From Mobula hypostoma (lineage: Eukaryota), in contig NC_086108.1 of assembly GCF_963921235.1 (NCBI RefSeq), positions 75,890,001 to 75,954,000 on the forward strand: a stretch of 64,000 nt of DNA. The letters are read 5' to 3'. Under the pieces are notes generated by a model. That model had not been told where the DNA came from. It worked only from the letters and a program-made list of their open reading frames with translations, and ran no database searches. Below, in pieces: positions 36,421 to 47,550 of this stretch. Made by a program: the position numbers and the translations under genes. Every line of letters starts with the position of its first letter. The first letter of the stretch is position 1.

Positions 36421-37278
36421 CTTAGACTGGTGTTTTTTCATCAGTACCCTAATATTGGATTCCAGCATTTTTCCAACAACTAACTTGAGGCTAATTGGCC
36501 TTGAAGACCCTATTGTTTTTCACTTTTGCACAACAGTGTTAATATTTGTGGCTTTTCAGTCAGTTGGCACATTTCCAGAATCCAGGAAACATTTCAAAGT
36601 CACATCCACTAACTCTTCAGCTTCCTCTGTTTAGAATACATTAGCATTATTGGTTTTCACTGTGTTAAATCTACCAATTTTAAACAATGTTTTTAAATGG
36701 CATTGGAGGTCGTTAACTTGGTTCTTAGTCCTGGTTGTTTTATGAAACTAGTAGCTTCTAACCTCATAGAGATGTTTCTTATAGTGGATCAGTGTTACCG
36801 GTGAGGTTTGTACAAGACCCCCCCTCATTGGCATGACATCTATTTGTCTCACTGGTTTTGGATTAATAGCTTGGTTGTCAACTGCCTCTGTATTGGTATG
36901 ATTACATAACTGACTCAAGTTAAAGACAAACACAAGAATTTTAGGGGTAAAAATATCAGTGGGAGTGGTGTTAGGTTTCTGGGAGAAACTGAAAATAGGT
37001 CAGTCCTTCAGTAAGATGCTTATCAAATTTTAATCTTGGTGAAAGTTTTCTTATAATAATGCAAAACATTTTCAATTATGAATGGAGACTGTGATTGAAT
37101 GTGAAACTCAGCCAATGATCTGTAGTGTATCTGACTTGTTTTGAGATTATTGTCTCTTTGAACACAATTGTTGCTACCTTTTTCTATCAAGCTGCCACTT
37201 GGATAGGAGAGGAGCTACACTTTCTGAATTAAGGGATCCTAAAATAGTTTACATAAATGAGTATTTTTTCCATTTCAG

Positions 37279-37542
37279 AATTGGCCAATTACACTCTGGC
37301 AGAATCTGAAGCTCCACAAGTGCTATCAACTTTGCAGGAATCCAAGACCACGCCAACTACAGTGACATCCAGTACCCCTGCTGGGATTTCCACCACCACA
37401 GAAACTAAGCCCACCAGCCATCCCAGCACCACCCAAGCCACAGGAGTTGTCACAAGTCAGACAGTCATCAACAAAGCAACCACGCTATTTTCTACACAGC
37501 AGGATGAGGACAGTATGGCCAATGCCAAAAAGATGGTGAATG
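37279..37542 (+). CDS. Sialomucin-like protein, internal exon B (Thr-rich stalk, phase 1-1)
   Basis: Acceptor ttttttccatttcag|, donor AATG|gtaggt; 264 nt open, in frame with exon A; TTPTTVTSSTPAGISTTTETKPTSHPSTTQ. Confidence 0.85.
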
Positions 37543-39571
37543 GTAGGTAATTTAGAAGCCAGTCCATTTCTTGAAGACAGTGAAATGGAGTATAAACAAA
37601 GAACAGATTACATGGACTAAATGGCTTACTACTTCGATGGGATTTGAACTCTTAAGCTTCCTGATTACTAATGCAGTTTAGAAAATACTAAAATTGTAGA
37701 ACATACTTATGGGGCTCTTTTGTGCTTCCTTGTGACAGCTTCTGTGTGCATTTTGATTAAATACATGTACTGTAGTATAATAGTATCCACAGAAATACTT
37801 AAGAGAAGCAATCTGCTGGATTATTGAAAAGAATATTCTCTCATCTGCCCCCTATCCACTAAACAGATAATGTATATTTTAGAAAGGAATTTTGGTCACT
37901 TGAACTTGTCCTTTGTTATCCTTTTGTTGACATTCTGCTTGTCACAGTTCCGGAGAAGATGTTGGATTGTGCAAAGCAGGGGAAGGATTTCAAAAGAAGT
38001 GAGTGGGGACAGTTGGGACATTCTGTGCACCACAGTTCTGAAGGAGATAGAAGAATATCTGCAGCCACTTGGCAAGGGCCAATAAAAGGAAGTTAAAGCA
38101 GCCACCGTTAGGGTGAAGAGTTAAGGCTCTGAAACGAGAGGTTTCAGTGAGAGGGGGGTGAAGGCTGTAAATTTGTTTTCATTTAATTTTCTTTCTTATT
38201 GCACAGTTAGTAGTGAGAGTGCCAGTCGGGATTGTGAATGCTCCTGTTGTGTGCTGAGGGGAGGCAGGAAGACCTTCAGTGTCCCTGATGACCACACCCG
38301 CAAGAAGTGCATCCAGCTGCAGCTGCTTAGAGACAGTGTTACAGAGCTGAAGCTGGAGCAGGATGAACTCTGGATTATTTGGGAGGCTGAGGGGTCGATC
38401 AACAGGGGGGACGGGGAGGTAGTTACACCCAAGGTGCAGGATGCATGTAACATGGTGAGCGTCAGGAGGTAAAAAGGGGATAGGCAGCTAGTTCAGAGAA
38501 TAACCGTGGCTATTCCCCTCAATATTATTATACTGCTTTGAATAATGTCAGGGGGATGACCTAGTGGAGGAAAGTGGTCAAGTCTCTGGCACTGATTCTG
38601 GCTCTGTAGCTCATAAGGAAAGGAGGGAGAAGAGGTGAACTGTAGTGAGGGGGGATTCAATGGTTGGGGGAATAGACAAGAGCTTCAGTAGACAAGAGTA
38701 AGATTCTCAGATGGTATGTCGACTTTTGGGTGCTTGGGTGAGGGAGATCTCGGATAGCGTCCACAGCATTCCTAAGTGGGAGGATGAGCAGCCAGAGGAC
38801 GTGGTCTAAGGGTTGGTATCAAGGGTTGGTAGGGTGGGTGACAAGATCCTGCAAAGTGTGTTCAGGGAGTTAGGTGCTAAGTTAAAGCACAGGACCTCCA
38901 GGGTTGTGATCTCAAAATTGCTGCTCGTGCCATGTGGTCTCGAAGCCAGAAATGGGAATATATACAGTTTAACATGTGGCTAAGGAGGTGGTGCCAGATG
39001 CAGGGCTTTAGATTTTTGGATCACTGGGCTCTCTTTCATGGAAGGCGGGACTTGTACAGATGGACAGTTTGCACTTGAAGTGGAGGGGGGGTTAATACTC
39101 TTGTGGGAAGATCTGCTAGTGCTGCACACAGGTGAGTTTAAACTAGGGTTGCGGGGGTGGGGGGTGGATCTAGAGTGCCAGAGCAGATAGCAAAGTGGTT
39201 GTAGGGAAAGATGTACCTCAACCTACATGTAAAGTCAGGGATTGTAAGTTTGAGCATGGTGGAATTAATGTTCTGAATTGTGTATATTGCAATGCAACAA
39301 ATATTCTGGGAAAAGTGGATGAGATTGGGGCATGGATCAGCACGCGGAATTAGACATTGTAACTGTTTGAGACTTGGTTGCAGGAGGGGCAGGGCTGGCA
39401 GCTCAGTGTTCCAGGGTTCTGTTATTTTAGACGCGATAGAGCAGGAGGGATTAAAGGGGACCGGTGGCATTACTAGTCAGGGAAAATGTGATAGTAGTGG
39501 TCAGACTGGAGAGCTCATCTACTGAAGCTATGTGGGTGGAACTGAGGAATAAGAAAGGGATGACCATATTA

Positions 39572-39992
39572 GCACACACAACACGTTGGAGGAACTCAGC
39601 AGGTTGGGCAGCATCCATGGAAACGAACAGTCAATGTTTCGGGCCGAGACCCTTCATCAGGACTGAAGAGGAAGGGGGCATGGCCCTATAAAGAAGGTGG
39701 GGGGAGGGTGGGAAAGAGAAGGCTGGTAGGTTCCAGGTGAAAAACCAGTAAGGGGAAAGATAAAGGGGTGGGGAAGGGGAAGCAGGGAGGGCATAGGCAG
39801 GAAAGGTGAAGAAAGAATACGGGAAAACACAATGGGTAGTAGAAGGAGGTGGAACCAAGAGGGAGGTGATAGGCAGCTAGAGGAGGGGGCAGAGTGAAAC
39901 TGGGATGTGGGGAGGGAATTACCAGAAGTAGGAGAATTCAATGTTCATGCCCAGGGGCTGGAGACTACCCAGATGGTATATGAGGTGTATAA
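39572..39992 (-). mobile_element. Penelope-like element 3' end inserted in CR1 with a 14-bp TSD
   Basis: Minus strand HLIYHLGSLQPLGMNIEFS plus pseudo-LTR; GGATGACCATATTA is duplicated at 39558-39571 and 39993-40006. Confidence 0.85.
39628..39665 (-). ncRNA. Minimal type I hammerhead ribozyme motif
   Basis: CAGUC-CUGAUGA-A-GGGU(CUCG)GCCC-GAAA-CAUU-GACUG: 5-bp stem I, intact CUGAUGA and GAAA cores, 4-bp stem II. Confidence 0.7.
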
Positions 39993-42025
39993 GGATGACC
40001 ATATTAATTGGATTATATTATAGATCAATCGTAGGTGGGATTTAGAGGAGCAAATTTGTAGAGATCACAGATTGTTGCAAGAAACATAAGGTTGTGATAA
40101 TAGGTAATTTTAACTGGTAGTATGGGAGTCCCAGTCAATTTATCATGTTGACTGGGCCTCCCATACTGCAAAAGGGCTGGCTGGGATAGTTTGACACTTG
40201 TCAAGAAAGTTTCCTTAATCAACACACGGAGGTCTCAATTAGAGTGAGTGCAACACCAGATTTCCTTTTGGGGAATGAGACAGAGAGGGTTACGGAAATT
40301 TGTGTGGGAGAAAACTTTGCACCTAGTGATCATAATGCCATTAGTTTCAAGGTAATTACGGAGAAGGATAGATCTGTTCCTCAGTTGAGATTCTAAATTG
40401 GAGAAAGGCCAATTTTAATGGTATTAGAAAGGATCTGGCAATTGTGGATTGGAACAGGTAGTTTACAGCCAGAGGTGTGTTTGGTAAGTGGGAAGCCTTC
40501 AAAAGTGAAATTTTGAGAGAACACAGTATGCATGTTCCTGTAGAATTAAAGCTAGGGATAACTGGTTTAGGGAGCCTTGGTTTTTGAGGGATGTTAAGGC
40601 TATGGTTTAGAAGGAGATGGAGGAGGAGGTGCTTAGCAGGTGTAGGCAGGTAAGAACAAATGAGGCACTTGAGTATAAGAAATGTAAGAAATCTTGTGAA
40701 GGAACTCAGGAGGGCTAAAAGAAGGCACGGCGTGGGGGGGTGCTCTAGCAGATAAGGTGAAGGAGAATCCTAAGGGGTACTACAGATATATTAAGAGCAA
40801 AATGATAGCAAGGGACAAATTTGGTTCTCTTGAAGACCAGAGTGTTCATCTACACATGGAGCCGAAAGAGATAGGAGAGAGATCTTAAATGGATTTCCTT
40901 GCATCTGTATTTCCTTGAGAGATGGATGCAGAGTTTATAAAAGTGAGACAAAACAGCAGTGAAGTCGTGGACCAGATACAGATTATAGGGGGTGGGGGTG
41001 GTGTTTGCTGTCTTGAGGCAAATTGAGGTGGATAAATACGCAGGCCCTGGAAAGATGTTCCCTCTGACCTTGTAGAAGGCTAGTGCAGAAGTTGCAGGGG
41101 CCTGAGCAGAGATATTTAAAATGTCCTTTGCCATGGGTGAGGTGCCGGAGGATTGCAAATGTTGTTCCATTGTTTAAGAAAACCTCTAAGAATAAGGCAA
41201 GAAATTATAATCTGGTGAGCCTAACATCAGTACTGGGCAAATTATTGGAAGGTATTCTTAAGGCACTGGATATATAAGTATTTGGATAGATGGACTGATT
41301 AGGGATCATCAGCATGGCTTTTTGTGTGATAGGTTGTGTCCAACCAGTCTCAGTTTTTCGAGGAAGTTACCAGGAAAGTTGATGAAGGCAAGGCAGTAGA
41401 TGTTTACTACACAGACTTTAGCAAGGCCTTTGACGAGATCCCTCATGGAAGGTTGGTCAAGAAGGTTCTGTCACTTGGCATTCAGGATGAGGTAGTAAAT
41501 TAGATTAGGCATTGGTTTTGTGGGAGAAGTCAGGGAGTGGTAGTAGATAGTTGCTTCTCTGACTGACAGCCTGTGACTAGTGAATGGTGTGCAGCAAGGA
41601 TTGGTGCTGGATCTATTGTTGTTTGTCATGTATATCAACAATTTGGATGATAACAGGATCAACAAATTTGCAGTTGACACCCAGACTGAGAACAAAGAGG
41701 AATGCTATCAAAGCTTGCAGCGGGGTCTGGACCAGCTAGAAAAATGAATGCAAAGTGGCAGATGGAATTTAATGCGGAAGTGTGTCGGGTGTTGCACATG
41801 GGGATGACAAGTCAGCGTTGAACTTACACAGTAGGGCACTGAGGAATTTCGTAGAACGGAGGGATCTGGGAATACAGATCCATAATTTCTTGAATGTGGC
41901 ATCACAAGTGCATAGGGTCGTAGAGAGAGCTTTTGGCTCATTGACCTTCATAAATCAATGTATTGAGTACAGGAAATGGGATGTTATGTTGAACTTGCAT
42001 AAGCCATTGGTGAGACCTAATTAAG

Positions 42026-42370
42026 TTAAGACCATAAGACATAGGAACCGAATTGGGTCCTTTGGCCCATTGTGTCTGCTTTACCATTCCATCATGGCCA
42101 ATTTATTATCCTTCTCAACCATATTCTCCTGCCATCTCAGTGTAGTCTTTGACGCCCTGACTAATTGAGAACCTATCTACTATTTTAAATGACTTGGCCT
42201 CCATAGCTGACTGTTCCAATGAATTCTACAGATTCACTACCTTCTGCCTATAAGAAATTCCTCCTCCTCTGTGTTCTAAATAGACGAACCTCAATGCTGA
42301 GGTGATACCCTCTGGTGCTAGTCTTGCTCACTGTTTGTGTTGATTGGAAACATCCTCTCTACATCTACTC
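42026..42370 (-). mobile_element. CR1 3' end fragment
   Basis: TAAGACCATAAGACATAGG tail complement; VVNL(W)NSL remnant. Confidence 0.8.
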
Positions 42371-42589
42371 TTACCGAGGCATTACATGTTCATTCCTGGA
42401 AGCATTTTGTAAGTGCTGGAACCAGGATGGGTTCTCTGAAATGGTAACAACCGAGGAATTTCTGACTCTTGATGAAGGAGAGGGATTAGAGCTGTTTTGT
42501 TACATGTAAGCCAATAAATTAGTGTTAACTAGTGCTGTGGAGGAAAACAATTTGCTTAATTTCAAGCTGTTCCAATTTCCATTTTGCAG

Positions 42590-42753
42590 AGAAGCCAGAT
42601 TCTAATCTAAGCCAAAACAAAATGGATCCTCTGGTTATAGGAATGATTACAGTTTTCTTCATAATAATTGGAATTGTTTCACTTCTTGGATATCTGAAGT
42701 ACCGGCAACGAATCAACCAACCAGAATTTAGGCGCCTTCATGAGCTCCCAATG
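42590..42753 (+). CDS. Sialomucin-like protein, transmembrane exon C (phase 1-0)
   Basis: Acceptor tttccattttgcag|, donor ATG|gtaagg; encodes MDPLVIGMITVFFIIIGIVSLLGYL followed by basic KYRQR. Confidence 0.9.
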
Positions 42754-43579
42754 GTAAGGAAGCTAACAGTCCTGGCATTGCAGTTCTTGTTTTCAATGTA
42801 CTGTGTTAAACTCTCTTTTGTCAAAGTAAAGTGGGCTTCCACCAGTAATTTTGTACGTGTTGAATTTCTTCCAATAATTATTTTGTAATTGTACAGTTGA
42901 AATGCTGTGAGTTGGACTAATCATTTGAGCAGAGTTGATCTGCATTTTTTTCTGGAATCAGGAAGTGGTTGAACATCAATTGATGTAGTATTGTTGGAAT
43001 TGTCTTTGAGCCAGCTAGAACCCTGGTGTAGTTTGCTCAATGAGTTGGAGAGCATCCTGTTTACATGTCTGGAGTACTGAAGTGTCCCGTAAAACTGATT
43101 GTTTCACTGCCAGTCTGTCCATGGACTTAAAATGGAGGATGTCCTGTCCTCCACCTTGGACTCAGTTCCCTTTTTGCCCTACAAACAAAGAAGTGACAAG
43201 GCTTTTTATAATGCTCTTTTCCAGGGTCCAGGCCCTTGTCTGGTCTTCACTGGACCCATGAGCTGCTCCCTTTACATGCAGTAGCTAGTATGGGAAAGCT
43301 AGATCCTGACTAAGGCTCAGCTGCCAAAACTCCCTAAAATGTCTGGTGCTGCTCTCTTGTAAGGAATGGACAGAGATTCAACTTCTTGTAAGGCAATGTA
43401 GAAATTGGCAGTAACTGGGGGATGCGTCATCAACAGTTCTGTCATGTTGTTTACTTTCGTTAAGTGTTTTTTTTTGCCTTTTCTCCCATTGCAGCAGAAC
43501 CTCTGTGGGATTTCCATTTTTCTCTGCATCATGTCGAATTAGCTAAGAGCATCATATTGGCTTTCTGTGATACTTCCTG

Positions 43580-43955
43580 AGAGCGTAGGAGGCTGAGGGG
43601 TGACTTTACGGAGGTCTATAAAATCACAAGGAATACAGATAAAGTGAATGGTCTGCCTTTTTTCCAGGGTATGGGAGTATAATACAAGTTTTAGGCGAGG
43701 AGAAAAGATCTTAAAGGGACTTGTTCAATTCTTCCACATACGATGGTGGGTATTTGGAACAGCAGCGGGACATAGTCATCGAGGCTTGTACAGATACAAT
43801 GTTTAAAAGACATTTTGTCTAGCCACAGGGTTAGAAAGGTTTAAAAGAATGTGAGACAAATGCAGGGAAATGGGACTAGCTCAAATAGCAACTTGGTCAG
43901 CATGGATGAGTTGGGCCGAAGGGCCAGTTTCCTTGCTGTGTTACTCTTTGACTTA
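43580..43955 (+). mobile_element. CR1 3' end fragment
   Basis: RRLRGDFTEVYKI remnant and GGGCCGAAGGGCC terminal motif. Confidence 0.75.
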
Positions 43956-44369
43956 TTGCATTTTGACAGTTCACTCTAAACTAATCCCAAATGGACAGAC
44001 TTGCATCTGCCCTTCCTGGGCCACACTTCAATTAGAAGTGTGAATGCTATATGAAACAACAAAAAAATATAAACCTGATTGTGTGACTAGACACACTATT
44101 CCCATTTGAATTCAGTAATGGCAACTGTTTTGCATCCAAGGAAACCAATCTAAGGATTTTGACATTATTGGCACTTTCTACATTAGTTTGTTAGAATACC
44201 AGCAGGACTAAGATATACTGGCATAAAAGACTACCAGTTCCAGAGAGGAGACTATGCTAAAGAAGGTGAATGAAGTGTATGTATTCTTTGTTTTGTCTGA
44301 AACACATTTGTTAATTGTGACTGGAGCCTATCCTTAAGTATGTCAGAATCAAAATATTACTGTCAGGCA

Positions 44370-44727
44370 GATCGTTCATTTGTTATGTGCTGTGTTGATC
44401 ACATGGGTGATCGTGGTCTTCCAATGACCATGATTATTCTTGGTAAACTTTTCTACAGAAGTGGTTTGCCATTGGCTTCTTCTGGTCAGTGTGTTTACAA
44501 GATGGGTGTACCCAGCCATTAACATACTCTTCAGAGATAGTTTGCCTGGAGTCAGTGGTTGCATAATCGGGACCTGTAATATGCACCAACTACTCATACG
44601 ACCATTTCCCGTGGCTCCATGTAACCCTGATCAAGGTGCTACACCTTGCCCAAGGGTGGCCAGCAGACCAGTGGAGGTAAGGAGCGCCTTGCACCCCCAT
44701 TTGGTAGAGATGTATCTCCACCCCGCC
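44370..44727 (-). mobile_element. RTE-related non-autonomous element/SINE
   Basis: Minus strand AATGGCAAACCACTTCTGTAG…CCAAGAATAATCATGGTC motif typical of RTE-mobilised SINE tails; GC-rich structured head. Confidence 0.55.
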
Positions 44728-44814
44728 AGATGCAGATCATTTGATAGATTTTTGTGCTAATAAGACATTCAGATAGAATGTCTCCACTGTGCCATGGGAG
44801 AAATGCTGAAGGCA

Positions 44815-45205
44815 ATAGTACAGCTAGTGGTGATGCTACCTCACTGCTCTGGCATCCTGGGTTCAGTCCTTTCTGGTGTGTATGTGTGAAGTTTGTACGT
44901 TCTCCTTGGGCATCATAGAACATAAGAACTATCTAGCACAGCACAGGCCTTTTGGCCCATAATGCTGTGTTGACCTTTTAACCTACTCCAAGATCAATCT
45001 ATCCCTTCTCTCCCACATAGCCTTCCATTTTTCTTTCATCCATATTCTGATATTCTCTCATTATAGAAAATCCAGACAGGTTAATTAGTCGTTGTGTAGG
45101 TGAATGGTGCAATGTGGGGTGAGTTTATTTAAATGTGAGGAGATTAGTGTATACTCTGTAGGACCTTGATGGTTAGCATAGGCTCATCTTCTGTGCCGTG
45201 GTGAT
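44815..45205 (+). mobile_element. V-SINE-like SINE interrupted by an antisense CR1 3' end (~44915-45050)
   Basis: CCTGGGTTCAGTCC B box and GAAGTTTGTACGTTCTCC, then CATAGAACATAAGAAC…CACAGGCCTTTTGGCCC. Confidence 0.6.
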
Positions 45206-45368
45206 TCTATGGTGAATTAGTTACAGGGTGTGCTGTCTCCAAGTAGCCATTTGGTAACTAGCACAAAGGATGGTGCATGAAGTGAAAGAGTTCCTGAAAG
45301 TGAAGTATTTCTTAAATGGGAGGAAGGGTCTTTTTGTTTTCTAATCTAATACTTTCTTGCCTTTCTAG

Positions 45369-45416
45369 GATGACATGATGGAAGAAGACACACCATTGTC
45401 CCTCTACAGCTACTAA
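45369..45416 (+). CDS. Sialomucin-like protein, terminal coding exon D (DDMMEEDTPLSLYSY*)
   Basis: Acceptor ctttcttgcctttctag|, phase 0 matching exon C, stop TAA at 45414-45416; too short for the ORF track. Confidence 0.85.
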   Translation, partial: DDMMEEDTPLSLYSY

Positions 45417-45942
45417 CAATCTGCTGTCAAAATGAGATCTCATCAACAGTGCAACTATTGTGTTTTGAAGTATTGTTGGCTGGGACATTGAGGACTGTAA
45501 CATTTTTAGTGTGAGCTAAACTTGCATTCAAACGTATCTTTTTGTTTTCTTTAACTTGTGGCTCAGCTGGGGTTGAACATTGGTCAAAATTGATGTTATC
45601 CTGTCCCCAAAGTATTTCATTTGCTATCCATAGAGTTTTAAACATTATCCTATTTATTCAAACACACTTAAAGCAACTGGCAACTTTTTAACTTATTAGT
45701 AGACCAAAAAATGAGAACCTTTCTCTCTGCACCAAACACATCTTGTAGAAGGTATTACAGATGTTCAAACATAACCCAAAGGAGCTAGTATCCAACATTC
45801 CTCGACAGGTATCACTGTTAGTTTCTGATGTCCTAAGCGTATTTCTTGAACCTATATCGATAGGTTTCAGAACTTGCAGTATTTATGGAATTGGTAAATG
45901 GATGTTTTAAGTTCCAGTACTTATGGTTTTTTTCCCCCCGCA

Positions 45943-46232
45943 TGCTGTGGTAGTGTAGCGGTTAACATGATGTTAATGCAGCTCGGTGTCGAAGATTGGA
46001 GTTCAATTCTGGCGTTATCTGTAAGAAAGTTTGTACATTTTTCCCACATGCGCATGCATGGGTTTCTTCCGAAGTCTTTCGGTTTCCTCCCACAGTCCAA
46101 AGACATACCAGGTAGTAGGTTAATTGGTCATTATAAGTTGCCCCGTGATTAGGATAGGGTTAAATCTGGGCAACATAGCGTGGTGGGCCGAAAGGCCTGT
46201 TCCTTGCTGTATCTCTAAAGGAAAATAAAACA
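45943..46232 (+). mobile_element. HE1/V-SINE-like SINE with CR1-type tail
   Basis: TAGTGTAGCGG A box, GAGTTCAATTC B box, V domain GGTTTCCTCCCACAGTCCAAAGAC, tail GGGCCGAAAGGCCTGT shared with CR1 3' ends. Confidence 0.85.
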
Positions 46233-46654
46233 AATGCTGGGAATGAGAATTTTCTGAATTTAGCAGAATCCAAGCCTTTTGATTATTAAATTCTAAACTT
46301 GCAAATGGGTATCTGACTTCTAGTTTGCCATTACAACTGAGAAACACGGCATTGCTGGTTGCTGATTACAGACAGACCATGGAATTGGCACCACGTGGCC
46401 CACACCTTGGCTAAGTTTGCTTCTATCCCATAACCGGTGACCCTGTTGTAGGCTTCCCAGCAGTTTGTGGGGAACTTTTAGGACAACTCCAATTTTAAAA
46501 AAAATGTGGCAACTCTGATTTTCAAAACCAGTGCTGTGAGTCTGTAGTATATGAAGAATGTTGTGGAGGTTTTGTTTTCTGATCAACTATGGAACACAAC
46601 TTCCCCCTTCCGTCCACTCCATATCTAGTTATAGACCCAAATCTATTATACTAT

Positions 46655-46990
46655 TGAAGACAGATCTCGCTGTATATCAGGGTGCAGTACTCATAGGGAT
46701 AGGTCTGTTACTGCACAACATTAGGGTGGAATGTTGGGGATGGGTTTTTTGTAACAGTACAATATTGGGGATGGTGTAGTTACTGTATAACATGATACAG
46801 TGGTAGACAGATCTGTTACAACACTAGGGTACAGTACGAGTGGGCAAGTCTGCTACTGTATAGCAGGATGCAGTGTTGGTATCTATTACAGTATTACATG
46901 GTACAGTACTGATGGGCACTGGTTTAATTGTCTAATGGTATAATACTGGTGAGAATTGGTCTGTTACTGTATAACACTAGTGTAGAGTGT
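46655..46990. repeat. Degenerate ~40-45-bp minisatellite
   Basis: Recurrent GTCTGTTACTGTATAACACTAGGGTACAGTACT-like units. Confidence 0.7.
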
Positions 46991-46992
46991 TA

Positions 46993-47550
46993 TGTTCAAA
47001 GTAAATTTATTATCAAAGTACACGTATGTCACCATATACAGCTTTACAGTTTGTTTTCTTGCGGACGTATACAGTCAATCCAAGAACATAAGATGAGAAG
47101 TCCTCGAGAGTGAGTCCATAGGTTCTCCCCTCTGTTTCAAGAACCTGATGGTTGAGAGTAATAACAGTTCCTGAACCTGATGGTTTGAGTCCTGAGGCTC
47201 CTGTACCACCTTTCTGATGGCAGCAGCAAGAACAGAGCATTGCCTGGATGGTGGGCGTCTTTGATGGATGCTGCTTTCTTGCAACAGTGCTCAATGGTCG
47301 ATATCCATTATTTTTGTAGGATATTCATTTTGAGGGTGTGGGTGTTTCCATACCAGGCTGTGATGCAACCAGTCAACATCACACATCTATCAAAGTTTGT
47401 TAAAGTTTTAGGTGCCATGCCAGATCTTTGCAAATTTCTAAGGAAGTGGAGGTGCTGCTGTGCTTTCTTAATAATGGCACCTATGTGCTGAGCGCAGGAC
47501 AGATCCTTTGGAATGATAGCACTGGGGAATTTAAAGTTGCTGACACTTTC
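46993..47550 (-). mobile_element. Rex1/Babar-like LINE 3' fragment
   Basis: RKQHPSKTPTIQAMLCS (shifted frame of KAASIKD..HPG.ALF); GTTCAAAGTAAATTTATTATCAAAG tail complement. Confidence 0.8.

Larger units (their letters stand above)
38060..42025 (+). mobile_element. Near full-length decayed CR1 LINE (ORF1 zinc finger/esterase, ORF2 APE-RT), 3'-truncated
   Basis: ORF1 CECSCC..DDHTRKKCIQLQLL and GDS esterase motif (~38652); APE remnants EAMWVELRNKKG, GNFN, SDHNA; RT ANVVPLFKK, DFSKAFD, KFAVDT. Confidence 0.88.

Noticed and set aside
44600..44727. Possible HDV-like ribozyme in the head of the minus-strand RTE-related element
   Set aside because: Partial helices exist (GGCGG/CUGCU, ACC-UCCACU-GGU, GCUCC/GGAGC), but P1 is short and there is no C-N-R-A J4/2 strand; not supportable from this copy
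46655..46990. CRISPR-like array
   Set aside because: Vertebrate context, degenerate tandem units without unique spacers, and no cas genes
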